Shown here one piece after another: positions 9,441 to 17,192 of a stretch of 46,708 nt of DNA (positions are counted from its first letter, which is position 1; each line of letters opens with the position of its first letter). The position numbers were made by a program, and so were the translations under genes. The notes under the pieces are model-generated. The model did not search any database and had not been told where the DNA came from. It worked only from the letters and a program-made list of their open reading frames with translations. Source of the DNA: a virus (Duplodnaviria > Caudoviricetes); the IMG/VR virus record IMGVR_UViG_3300037851_000518, positions 1 through 46,708 of that record; one strand, given 5' to 3'.

Positions 9441-9469
9441 TTGACGGCGCACCCGCGCTGTGGTTAGAT
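9441..9469 (+). promoter_or_regulatory. Possible sigma70-type promoter for ssb
   Basis: AT-rich tract, TTGACG-N17-TTAGAT with TG; weak -10. Confidence 0.4.
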
Positions 9470-9490
9470 AAAAAAACAAAGGAGGATCAT

Positions 9491-10048
9491 ATGGCAGAGA
9501 AGATTATCAGGACACCAAAGGGTGTCGCGAACTGGCCGTTTCTGACGAAACCGTACACACAGTTCAAGCCGGAGGGAGAGTATAAAGTTACGCTTGTTAT
9601 GAAGGAGGACGGCGACGGAGTCGCTGAATTCATCAAGAAGTGCGACGCAGCAACAAAGCAGATCAAGGCGAAAAACAGCCCGTACACGTACGACAGGGAC
9701 TCGGGAACATATAGCATGAAGCTCTCAAGCAGCTTCAAGCCGTCTCTGTTTGACTCCCACGGCGTACGCATCGCAGATGATATACACATCGGATCAGGAT
9801 CTGTTATCATTTGTGCCGTTGAGCCAAAGCCGTACGAAGGATTCGGCGGAGGGATCAAGTTTTATCTCAAAGCCGTTCAGATTCTTGAGTATGTTGAATA
9901 CAGCGGGGCTACGGCAGACGACTTCGGGTTCTCGGCAGAAGAAGAAGGGTTCTCTGTTGGATCGTTCGGAGACGGAAATCTTGGCGCAGCAAGTCCGATC
10001 ACGGACACTGACGGCGGAGCGGAAAACGAAGCAGGGTTTGACTGGTAA
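9491..10048 (+). CDS. ssb: Single-stranded DNA-binding protein, T7 gp2.5-like
   Basis: TPKGVANWPFLTKP..GEYKVTL, IGSGS, LKAVQILE, acidic tail ending FDW. Confidence 0.85.
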   Translation: MAEKIIRTPKGVANWPFLTKPYTQFKPEGEYKVTLVMKEDGDGVAEFIKKCDAATKQIKAKNSPYTYDRDSGTYSMKLSSSFKPSLFDSHGVRIADDIHIGSGSVIICAVEPKPYEGFGGGIKFYLKAVQILEYVEYSGATADDFGFSAEEEGFSVGSFGDGNLGAASPITDTDGGAENEAGFDW

Positions 10049-10054
10049 TGGCCG

Positions 10055-10098
10055 CCCTTCCCTGCGCCGGGTTTCGCAGTCTTTGGCGCAGGGAAGGG
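10055..10098 (+). terminator. GC-rich 14-bp stem-loop after ssb (no U-tract; terminator or processing site)
   Basis: CCCTTCCCTGCGCC / GGCGCAGGGAAGGG perfect inverted repeat. Confidence 0.5.
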
Positions 10099-10100
10099 AT

Positions 10101-10119
10101 GGTCTATAACTTATAGACT
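10101..10119. promoter_or_regulatory. 19-bp palindrome, copy 3 (GGTCTATAACTTATAGACT)
   Basis: Directly before GAGG RBS and ATG 10130. Confidence 0.85.
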
Positions 10120-10129
10120 AGAGGTGCGC

Positions 10130-10363
10130 ATGATTATCGAAAAGGGAATCACCGTTCCAAAACGAACGAGGACTGGTGCAATTATGCAGCTCGCGTCGCA
10201 AATGAGTGCAGGAGACAGCGTGCTTGTAAAAAACACGCAGTGCCAAGCGCTTCAAAAGCGTCTTCGTGGGCTTGGGTTTCGCAGCGTCAGCCGAAAGGAA
10301 GGTAACGGGCGAAGAGTGTGGGTAATCGGAAAACAGGAATCAAATCAGGGAGATGAAAGATAA
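10130..10363 (+). CDS. Small basic putative DNA-binding protein
   Basis: IEKGITVP, MSAGDS, GRRVW motifs; very basic. Confidence 0.7.
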   Translation: MIIEKGITVPKRTRTGAIMQLASQMSAGDSVLVKNTQCQALQKRLRGLGFRSVSRKEGNGRRVWVIGKQESNQGDER

Positions 10364-11271
10364 TGCAATTCACAAACAAATATAATCTGCCGGAGTTCGT
10401 TGTCAATGCGCTGAAGCGCAGTGATTACGAAGCCGTTGGAGACTTCTCTGCAACGGGGCTTCTGAAGTCTCCGCGGCAGAGAATTCTTACGGTGCGTCAC
10501 TCGGACAAAATTGTTGCGGACGTGTCAGATTTCACGTACAGCGTTCTCGGAACGGCGGTCCACAAGGCGTTTGAGCTGCGAGGGAGCGGCGATGGAGTCA
10601 TGGTAGAAGAGAGGCTTTGCAGCGAATTCCAAACAAAGTTCGGCCCCCGTACGCTTTCCGGACAACCAGACTTGGTTGACCTGACTGATGGCACCCTGTA
10701 CGACTACAAGTGTACGTCCGTGTGGGCCTTTATGCTTGGCGGGAAACCTGAATGGGAGCGCCAGTTAAACATCTACCGGCTCCTTCTGAAGCTGGAAAAA
10801 GGCATTGAGATCAACTCGATTAAAGTTATTGCGCTATATCGAGACTGGGCGCGAAGAGCCTACGAAGAGGCCGCTAAGAAGAACCCGTTCAACTGCGAGT
10901 ATCCTGAGTGCAGCATCGGGGTTATTGATATTCCGATCATCGATTACGACAAGGTGCGCGGGAATGTTGTTCGTCTTATGGATCGCCATGCGGCAGAGGA
11001 ACAGAAGAGCGACTCACAGCTCATGCTTTGCTCGGACGAAGACAGGTGGTGCAGGGAGTCGTGCTGGGCGGTTAAGAAGGACGGGCAAAAGCGCGCTATG
11101 CCGGGAGGCATACATGCAACCGAAGAAGATGCAATCATGTTCGCGGCAAAACAGCCGTGCAAGACGGAAATTGAGAGACGACCGGGGCGCAATATAAAAT
11201 GCGAGAGCTACTGCCAAGCCGCTCCGTTCTGCTCGCAGTGGAAGGCAATCCAAGAACAGGAGAAGACATGA
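10363..11271 (+). CDS. PD-(D/E)XK exonuclease (Cas4/RecB-like)
   Basis: GTAVH, EER, SGQPDL, DYK, QLNIY, C-terminal C..YC....FC. Confidence 0.9.
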   Translation: MQFTNKYNLPEFVVNALKRSDYEAVGDFSATGLLKSPRQRILTVRHSDKIVADVSDFTYSVLGTAVHKAFELRGSGDGVMVEERLCSEFQTKFGPRTLSGQPDLVDLTDGTLYDYKCTSVWAFMLGGKPEWERQLNIYRLLLKLEKGIEINSIKVIALYRDWARRAYEEAAKKNPFNCEYPECSIGVIDIPIIDYDKVRGNVVRLMDRHAAEEQKSDSQLMLCSDEDRWCRESCWAVKKDGQKRAMPGGIHATEEDAIMFAAKQPCKTEIERRPGRNIKCESYCQAAPFCSQWKAIQEQEKT

Positions 11272-11447
11272 TCGGGAGACCAAGAAAGCACTTCATCCAC
11301 TTGATGGATGTTGGAGAGCGCCGAAAGCTTTCTGCAAAAGATGTCGAGTGCGCAAAGCAGATTGCGTACAGGGAGAACGCTTTCGGGGGGAAGCGTTTTT
11401 CGTTCTCGACAACAGAAGGCGGACGGTTTGTAGAAAGAACAAAATGA
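11268..11447 (+). CDS. Small basic protein, apparent paralogue of 10130
   Basis: GRPRK..MDVGE..EGGRFVER; ATGA overlap. Confidence 0.65.
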   Translation: MIGRPRKHFIHLMDVGERRKLSAKDVECAKQIAYRENAFGGKRFSFSTTEGGRFVERTK

Positions 11448-11758
11448 TAACCGCTCATCTTGGGTTTAAGCGTGACTCAGGAATCAACCCTTGGGTTAAG
11501 TGCGCGGAACTGAATGTTATGCCAACCGGAGAGGCTGTGCTTTCGTTTACAGCAATCCGGCAGGGGTTGCTTCAGGGCCGCGCATTTGACGGCGCGTTTG
11601 CCCCGTATCTGGATGGGGACATTTATTGCGGATCTCAATGGGTTGGGTTTATGCAAACGGCAGAGACGGATACAGGGGTTTGGTACACCGCAATAATCGA
11701 GGCTGTTCCGTTCGCATCACCAAGCCCGGCCGGAATCGTGTTGATGAGGATGAGATGA
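11444..11758 (+). CDS. Hypothetical protein
   Basis: ATGA overlaps at both ends. Confidence 0.6.
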   Translation: MITAHLGFKRDSGINPWVKCAELNVMPTGEAVLSFTAIRQGLLQGRAFDGAFAPYLDGDIYCGSQWVGFMQTAETDTGVWYTAIIEAVPFASPSPAGIVLMRMR

Positions 11759-12069
11759 ACCACAAATGCACGTCAAAAATGGTTGGAGATCAAGAGTTCT
11801 TTCGATTCGAATCAGTTAAAAAGAACGGGGTCTATATTGGAACCGCAATAGGAACGATTGGAAAGTGCAGGGGATGCGGGCGGCTGGTCAAGTCATGCGT
11901 GCTAATCAAGGCAAGCGGAGCTGTTCAGGAAACGATCATACAGCTCGGAGAAACAAAGAAAACAAAAGGCGGAGAAATATCGTTCACTCAAAAGGAGGCC
12001 GATGAATACAAAGCAAAGGCAGAAAAAGCCAAGGCTGAAAAAGAGAAGCTGGTACACAAACAGGCTTGA
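11755..12069 (+). CDS. Hypothetical protein with CxxC
   Basis: RBS GAGG, ATGA overlap, CRGC. Confidence 0.55.
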   Translation: MNHKCTSKMVGDQEFFRFESVKKNGVYIGTAIGTIGKCRGCGRLVKSCVLIKASGAVQETIIQLGETKKTKGGEISFTQKEADEYKAKAEKAKAEKEKLVHKQA

Positions 12070-12478
12070 GGACATTGCGAAGAATCTTGCAAAGCAGAGA
12101 GATGGGAACACCTGTCTCAAGTGCGGAAAGAGGGTCGGCACGAAAAATTCGCACGGCTCGCACATCATTCCGAAGTCGAAGGGGCTCCGGTTCCTTTTTG
12201 ATGTCAGGAACATTAAATGCCTGTGCTACCACTGCCATATAAACTGGTGGCACAAAGACCCGCATGAGGCCGGCGTGTGGTTTTCAGAGTACCTTGGTGG
12301 ACACTGGGCTCGCGAGACGGAAAGAACGCGAAACGAGGTGCTTGAGATAAGTACAGCATCGCTCGCTGAATTTTATGAAATGGCGAAGAGCGTATCGTCA
12401 CACATAGAATACGAAATCCTGTTTGATAAAATGATTCGCCCGAACATAAGGGAAAGCCATGAAGAAGTCACAGGCTGA
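12002..12478 (+). CDS. ninG: NinG/Rap-like HNH recombination endonuclease
   Basis: RDGNTCLKCG, SHIIPK, FDVRN, CYHCH; RBS AAGGAGG. Confidence 0.8.
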   Translation: MNTKQRQKKPRLKKRSWYTNRLEDIAKNLAKQRDGNTCLKCGKRVGTKNSHGSHIIPKSKGLRFLFDVRNIKCLCYHCHINWWHKDPHEAGVWFSEYLGGHWARETERTRNEVLEISTASLAEFYEMAKSVSSHIEYEILFDKMIRPNIRESHEEVTG

Positions 12479-12704
12479 AAAAATTCTGATTATGCTTGGG
12501 GCAGGCTGGGTGTCTCCGCTTGACGCAATGCGAGAGCTTGGGTGTATGCGACTCGGTGCCCGCATATACGACCTCCGCAGGGACGGATATGCCATCGAGG
12601 AGCGTTGGAAAGAAAGCACAAACCGCTTTGGCGACACCGTTAGGTTTAAAGAGTTTATTCTCTGGAAGCCTAGGGGGGTGTATGATTCTGCGACTCGACC
12701 CTGA
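12459..12704 (+). CDS. Winged HTH protein
   Basis: SQAEKIL..SPLDAM..GCMRLGARIYDLRRDGYAI. Confidence 0.85.
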   Translation: MKKSQAEKILIMLGAGWVSPLDAMRELGCMRLGARIYDLRRDGYAIEERWKESTNRFGDTVRFKEFILWKPRGVYDSATRP

Positions 12705-12787
12705 ACACGAAGACTACGACCCGGAAGGCTTCCGCGAAGAGCGCGGAGAGTATTGGATGGAATCGTTATCGGACACGTAAAAAGGAA

Positions 12788-13138
12788 ATGACAATGGAAA
12801 CGAAGAATGCAATAATCGAGAGCGCAGAGATCACATGCGACAACGGGTTTCTGGATTGTTGGATACGCTTGGACTACGGCGGAGTTATACAGGGATTCGG
12901 CGGATACGCTCTGTATCTTCCAAAGTCGTTTACCAACCACGAAGTCAAATCCATAGCCGGGCATTTCATGTTTCGAGTTATGGAAATTGCGGGCGTGACT
13001 CGGTGGGCCGATTTGAAAGGCAAGACGATTCGTGTAAAGGCCGACAACGTCCACGTTGAGGCAATCGGGCACATTGTCAAGGACGATTGGTTCGATCCGT
13101 CCAATGACATGCGCGAGGCGGAGTTGGTGGATTTATAA
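12788..13138 (+). CDS. Phage hypothetical protein
   Basis: NAIIES..LDYGG..QGFGGY..W.DLKGK.IR..AIGHI..D.WF; RBS AAAGGA. Confidence 0.8.
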   Translation: MTMETKNAIIESAEITCDNGFLDCWIRLDYGGVIQGFGGYALYLPKSFTNHEVKSIAGHFMFRVMEIAGVTRWADLKGKTIRVKADNVHVEAIGHIVKDDWFDPSNDMREAELVDL

Positions 13139-13277
13139 TTCAAACGCCCGAAAAGGTCTACGAGAAGGCGGCAGAAATCGCCACTGCGTTAGACGCTGGT
13201 ACGTACATGGGGAAACTCAATGTGTTGGTGTCCGCCTCGCACGAGGTGGACATTGCAACAGAAAAAGAGGTGGTACG

Positions 13278-13457
13278 ATGAAAGCAACGATCACAATCGA
13301 TTTCGAGGTGGACGGCGTGTGCCCGTCGGATGAAGTGCTTCAGGACGCATTCTGGAAGCTGATTCGCGCCACCGGATACATCGGCAGTGCGGAGGTCGAT
13401 GGGACAGATGCGTGGGGAATCGAGGTTGGAAACGTAACGCTTTTGGTGTTCCAATGA
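13278..13457 (+). CDS. Hypothetical protein, 59 aa
   Basis: RBS GAGGTG, MKATITIDFEV. Confidence 0.65.
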   Translation: MKATITIDFEVDGVCPSDEVLQDAFWKLIRATGYIGSAEVDGTDAWGIEVGNVTLLVFQ

Positions 13458-13556
13458 ATGTCCTCGGAATAGACCCCGCAAACGGCAGCAGAAAGGAAAG
13501 ACGATGGAAAACGATAAAACACCCGCTGCCGGTAGCTCTGCGCCGGCTGGTTCAGC
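13457..13556 (-). mobile_element. Degenerate attC-like site enclosing the start of gene 13504
   Basis: Minus strand GCTGAAC-N5-GGCGCAGA; inner stem CGGCAGC 13483-89 / GCTGCCG 13525-31. Confidence 0.55.
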
Positions 13557-13770
13557 AATTAAGTTTGCTCTGGAAAACCGCGTTGAGCTTCGCATAAACG
13601 CTCCGCACGGTAACAGGATTCGGCTCCAAGCAATACAGGGCGCATACCCATACAAAAGAAAGACGGAATATCTTGGAACCGGAGCGTCGGCGCTGGAAAT
13701 CGATGAGGCAATACGGAGAATCGCAACCAACGTATTGCTGATCGGTCCCATTCAGACGGCGGGCGGATAA
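13504..13770 (+). CDS. Hypothetical cassette-like protein
   Basis: RBS GAAAGGA; N-terminal GSSAPAGS encoded by the attC-like arm. Confidence 0.7.
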   Translation: MENDKTPAAGSSAPAGSAIKFALENRVELRINAPHGNRIRLQAIQGAYPYKRKTEYLGTGASALEIDEAIRRIATNVLLIGPIQTAGG

Positions 13771-13778
13771 GTGAACGC

Positions 13779-13810
13779 GAAACCTGAAACTGGAAATTTG
13801 AAACTTGAAA
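13779..13810 (+). repeat. Intergenic heptamer tandem repeat GAAACCT/GAAACTG/GAAATTT/GAAACTT
   Basis: Read directly from the sequence. Confidence 0.8.
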
Positions 13811-13819
13811 GGGACGTGA

Positions 13820-13987
13820 ATGAAGAAGACGCCACCAAATAAACCGAAGCCGGAGCTGTGCGAATTCCCGGACTGCCCAAAGAAACCCGTGACGGTGCTG
13901 GGCGGGTACTGGTTCTGCGCAGAACATGGCGACCGGAGTTATGAGAAGGGTTCGCCGCAAAAAGGCGCAGAAGACGCAAAACATTAA
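13820..13987 (+). CDS. Small Zn-finger protein, 55 aa (not in ORF track)
   Basis: Manual translation MKKTPPNKPKPELCEFPDCPKKPVTVLGGYWFCAEH... Confidence 0.6.
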   Translation: MKKTPPNKPKPELCEFPDCPKKPVTVLGGYWFCAEHGDRSYEKGSPQKGAEDAKH

Positions 13988-14001
13988 GGGGATTGAAACC
14001 A

Positions 14002-14445
14002 ATGAAAACGCTCATGCTATCAAAAACATTTCCAGCCGGACATCCTTGGCCTGGAAATAAGACCCTCTTCCTTGAACAGGCGATGAGCGGTCGCAAGCTC
14101 CACACCATCAGGAAGAATATGAAGGGCCGTTACAAAGCCGGCGATGTGGTGGAGATCCGGCAATGGAGCGGAAAACCGTACTGCTCGAAACAGGATCGAA
14201 CAGGGCTCCTGTTCCGCATCGGTGTTGAGCCGGTCACGCTCGTGTTGCGCGCCGGCGAACTCATCGCATCAGTCAACGGAATTCCTGTTTCACCCAAACG
14301 CCTGGCTGCGAACGACGGCCTCACTCTCGACAACTTTATCGACTGGTTTTTCCCCGGCCGCAAACCCGGAACCTTCACTGGCGACATTATCCACTTCACC
14401 TCATTCCGGTACGCCCCCGGCCAGACGGCAGAAAGGAAGCAATAA
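14002..14445 (+). CDS. ASCH/PUA-like protein
   Basis: GRKLHTIR, RQWSGKPY, LAANDGL..F..WF. Confidence 0.75.
   Translation: MKTLMLSKTFPAGHPWPGNKTLFLEQAMSGRKLHTIRKNMKGRYKAGDVVEIRQWSGKPYCSKQDRTGLLFRIGVEPVTLVLRAGELIASVNGIPVSPKRLAANDGLTLDNFIDWFFPGRKPGTFTGDIIHFTSFRYAPGQTAERKQ
14410..14438 (-). mobile_element. attC-like half site plus RBS
   Basis: GCCCCCGGCCAGAC at 14413-26 is identical to 15107-20; minus strand TCTGGCC-GGGGGC-GTA. Confidence 0.5.
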
Positions 14446-14743
14446 TGATCAGTAGTTTATCGAATGAACGTATTGTTGACGAGTGGATTGCAGGCGGAGA
14501 AACATTTGGCTGTGCCGCGACTGCGGAAAGTTCTTCCAGCCGTCTGAAATTGAACGGTTGGAAGGCGATATTGATCCTGTGAGTCTTTCAAGGATGAAGC
14601 CAAGCGCAGCCGTTCAGGCTCCAGAAAATCAGGAAGGGATAGCACCATGAACCCGGACAATACGGCAAGGCTAAAGAATTTGCGCAGGCGAGTGCAGAGT
14701 TCTCAAAATCGCTCTGTATTGGAAAAGCAAAGGAGGCTGGCAA

Positions 14744-14890
14744 ATGAAGGTGCATGTGTTTGGCGACGAAATCAAGATCGTAGACGACTTTGGGCGGGAC
14801 ATCTTGATCGACAGAGATCAAGCGTCGGAGCTTCGCGACCTGCTCGCCGAAAAAATGAAAAAAGGCGGGCTGACGCGGATGGTGGTGTGA
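14744..14890 (+). CDS. Hypothetical protein, 48 aa (not in ORF track)
   Basis: RBS AAGGAGG; MKVHVFGDEIKIVDDFGRDILID... Confidence 0.65.
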   Translation: MKVHVFGDEIKIVDDFGRDILIDRDQASELRDLLAEKMKKGGLTRMVV

Positions 14891-14893
14891 ATT

Positions 14894-15157
14894 ATGAAAA
14901 CGAAAGATCATATCAAAAAAGCCGTACACGCTCACTCGACCTTTACTACATGGGCTTGCGTGAAGGAGTTGCTGGAAAGCGGAAATTTCTACTCGTCGAA
15001 GACAGACAGAGACAGACGGCGGGTTTTAAAAATTGTTAAAGAGGCAATGCGAAAAGAATTGGCGGAGTATGATGTTGAGGCAGAGATGGTTCTTTGTACC
15101 TCCAAAGCCCCCGGCCAGACCGAACTATCAAATCGAAAGGAACTGATACATGACTGA
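14894..15157 (+). CDS. Hypothetical protein
   Basis: 87 aa; ends APGQT..RK like gene 14002. Confidence 0.7.
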   Translation: MKTKDHIKKAVHAHSTFTTWACVKELLESGNFYSSKTDRDRRRVLKIVKEAMRKELAEYDVEAEMVLCTSKAPGQTELSNRKELIHD

Positions 15158-15199
15158 TACTAAACAAAACGCATGTAGCTCTGCGCCGAACGGTTCGCT
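15100..15199 (-). mobile_element. Near-complete attC-like site with degenerate R' box
   Basis: Minus strand AGCGAAC-N5-GGCGCAGA...TCTGGCC-N6-TTTGGAG, with one extra G in the 8-nt L box. Confidence 0.65.
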
Positions 15200-15428
15200 C
15201 CCGCCCATTGAGATTGTTGCGTGGGTTTTCGCACACGTTGCACAGCATCTTCGAGAGGGCGGATCGTATCGTCATCTCATTTACGACCGCATGGGATACG
15301 GGCCTGACGCATATCTACCATTGTGTGAGGCCGGGGGTCTGGAAATTAGCAATGCGTTTCACGATTTGGCCGTATTTCAAAAAGCGAACAGCGTATCGGA
15401 CGAATCGGCGCGGCCTAAACAGGATTAA
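15150..15428 (+). CDS. Hypothetical cassette-like protein
   Basis: GGSYRHLIYDRMGYGPDAY..GGLEISN; body bounded by GTTCGCT / AGCGAAC. Confidence 0.8.
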   Translation: MTDTKQNACSSAPNGSLPPIEIVAWVFAHVAQHLREGGSYRHLIYDRMGYGPDAYLPLCEAGGLEISNAFHDLAVFQKANSVSDESARPKQD

Positions 15429-15552
15429 CGGCTTGCCCGTCTCGCTTCCGGTAGCTCCTGCACTCTTTGGGCCTGCACAGTTCGCACGCCACGCGTATCG
15501 GGCAGTGCTCATAAAACCGGCAGGATTCACAATCAGCTTTCACCGCGTTCAT
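15415..15552 (-). CDS. Small Cys-rich protein, 45 aa
   Basis: MNAVKADCESCRFYEHC..CELC..EC; G-rich RBS. Confidence 0.55.
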   Translation of the reverse strand: MNAVKADCESCRFYEHCPIRVACELCRPKECRSYRKRDGQAVNPV

Positions 15553-15562
15553 CTTTAAGCCC

Positions 15563-15593
15563 CCCGAAGCCCGTGGCCTGAAGTCTGAGGCCT
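15563..15593 (-). repeat. Degenerate intergenic heptamer repeat
   Basis: CCCGAAG CCCGTGG CCTGAAG TCTGAGG on +. Confidence 0.55.
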
Positions 15594-15604
15594 TCTCCTC
15601 CCCC

Positions 15605-16432
15605 CTACCCCGCCCACTCCGTCGCCTTGTCATCGAGGCTGTCCAGCGACGCGCTGACCGCCTTGCGATATTCTGAAATCTTGTGATCTTCGACCGACAC
15701 CGCCTCGCCGACCCGCAGGCCGGATAGCGTGACGTGCGCCGCCGCAATCCGCGCCGCCCTCTGTGTCGTCTGCCAGAAAGAACCCATGCCGCGCTTGATC
15801 TGCCCGTTCAGGGCGACAACCGCCACGCCGGAACGGATGTGCCGGTATCCCATTAGGTACGGCGGAAGGCAAGGCACGGCATCCGCCTTGTTGCGGAGCT
15901 GAATCAGCTTCCCGGCAAACTGACTGTCGAATGAGTCCGCAAACGCCTTGTCGCCCGGACGCGGAGCACCGGCTGTAACGCATAGCTCCCACGGAATACC
16001 CTCCTGCGCCAGCTTCATCGCCAATTGATAACAAACGGCCCCGAAAAGAGAGTGTCCCGTCAGGTAGATCGGACGGGCAGACTGATTGAACTCATAGCGA
16101 ATAGCTCTCACAAGCGGCTTGCGAACCATGAGGAAATGCTCAAGGAAGCCGGCTGCGACCCGCCCTCCGATAAAATCCATCTTTTTGAAAAATTTCGCGT
16201 TCTGCTTCCAGTCTTTCGGATCGTTGCTTCCGGCTCCGGAAACCACGATGAAATCTTTGTGCATGAACAACACAGCCCGCGCATTGCCGACAACGATTTC
16301 TTGAGAGCGCAACTGATTCCTCGCCATGAACTCTTCGACCTTTGGACGGTCGCACGGCAAATACGCCGCCTCCGCGCAGCCCAAAAGAAACTCCACAAAC
16401 TTTGCCAGTTCCCTGCTGTCATTCGCGTCCAT
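15605..16432 (-). CDS. Lipase class 3 family alpha/beta hydrolase
   Basis: DW..N, V..GF, TGHSLFGA, GAPR.GD..F, N..DAVP.LP, YRH, DH.I..Y. Confidence 0.9.
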   Translation of the reverse strand: MDANDSRELAKFVEFLLGCAEAAYLPCDRPKVEEFMARNQLRSQEIVVGNARAVLFMHKDFIVVSGAGSNDPKDWKQNAKFFKKMDFIGGRVAAGFLEHFLMVRKPLVRAIRYEFNQSARPIYLTGHSLFGAVCYQLAMKLAQEGIPWELCVTAGAPRPGDKAFADSFDSQFAGKLIQLRNKADAVPCLPPYLMGYRHIRSGVAVVALNGQIKRGMGSFWQTTQRAARIAAAHVTLSGLRVGEAVSVEDHKISEYRKAVSASLDSLDDKATEWAG

Positions 16433-16791
16433 TATAATCCTTCGGTTATATCCTCAACTTGGCAATCCATGATGCGAGCGGCTTTCCGAACCGAAACGAG
16501 GCCGCGAGAAAACACATAATCAGTGAGCCTGCGAAGTCTCTCCGCGCTTAAAAACGGTTTTCTGTGCTTGATCGGAGTATGGTTTTCAATCCGGATTGTG
16601 CGACCGTCCCGCAAATCAATGCGAGCGAGAGACTCGTCGCCATGACCGCAGCAGGATGCAACTGTTTCGATTCCAGCCGAGTTCAACGCGCAAACAACGT
16701 CTAATATGCACGCGTCAATTCCGCAACGGACGCCGTTATATTCGACGATTCGCTGACACTCATAGCTTCCAATTTTACAGCAGTTTTTCAT
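16432..16791 (-). CDS. SCCGH-motif phage protein
   Basis: IDACI..V.ALN..GIETVASCCGHG; HTH-like tail VSVRKAARIM. Confidence 0.75.
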   Translation of the reverse strand: MKNCCKIGSYECQRIVEYNGVRCGIDACILDVVCALNSAGIETVASCCGHGDESLARIDLRDGRTIRIENHTPIKHRKPFLSAERLRRLTDYVFSRGLVSVRKAARIMDCQVEDITEGL

Positions 16792-16948
16792 CTTCGTGTT
16801 TTCCAAGCCTTGGAAGAATCTCAAACTCAAACCCTCGCCAGTCGAACCGGAACCCTCCGAATCTCCGGCATACAACCACGCCCGCCACGATCAACGCCAC
16901 AATCACAACGGCGGCGAGGCAGATGCAGGCTGTGTCGGAGGAGGTCAT
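16775..16948 (-). CDS. Small single-TM membrane protein, 57 aa (not in ORF track)
   Basis: MTSSDTACICLAAVVIVALIVAGVVVCRR...; ATGA overlap. Confidence 0.65.
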   Translation of the reverse strand: MTSSDTACICLAAVVIVALIVAGVVVCRRFGGFRFDWRGFEFEILPRLGKHEDEKLL

Positions 16949-17145
16949 TTTCCGCCTCTGCCGTGATGGTGAATCTGTTCATGCACGCTGACCTTTTCGT
17001 CAACGTAATTCGTCGTGGCAAAGTCCTTTGTCAGCGAGGCGAACTCACTCTTAATGGAGAGCTTCACAACCCAGCCGAGGAACCCGCCGACCAATGCCAC
17101 CGCCGCCGCCCCTGCCGCCAGAATTCCTGCTGTATCCGCTGTCAT
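16945..17145 (-). CDS. Single-TM holin/antiholin-like protein
   Basis: AGILAAGAAAVALVGGFLGWVV followed by a hydrophilic tail; RBS AAGG. Confidence 0.6.
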   Translation of the reverse strand: MTADTAGILAAGAAAVALVGGFLGWVVKLSIKSEFASLTKDFATTNYVDEKVSVHEQIHHHGRGGK

Positions 17146-17164
17146 GTTAAATGCCTTCTTGTTT

Positions 17165-17192
17165 GTTTCAGGTTTCAAGTTTCAGGTTTCAG
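17165..17192 (-). repeat. Intergenic heptamer tandem repeat (GTTTCAR)4
   Basis: Same sense-strand unit as 13779-13810. Confidence 0.85.

Noticed and set aside
10363-11271. CRISPR-associated Cas4
   Set aside because: Stand-alone phage exonuclease in a recombination context
11829-11847. Extra palindrome copy (GGTCTATA)
   Set aside because: Half site only, inside a CDS
13454-13597. RuvC-like gene starting MNVLGIDP
   Set aside because: Only 8 residues resemble RuvC, no other catalytic motifs; DNA is also explained as a decayed attC-like arm
14445-15039. ORF 14647-15039 and a WLCRDCGKFF fragment near 14500
   Set aside because: The long ORF overlaps better-supported genes 14744 and 14894; the fragment lacks a start with RBS, so is at most a remnant
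15443-15461. Third attC-like arm (CGCTTCCGGTAGCTCCTGC)
   Set aside because: No GTT core at the expected spacing, and it lies in a plausible minus-strand gene
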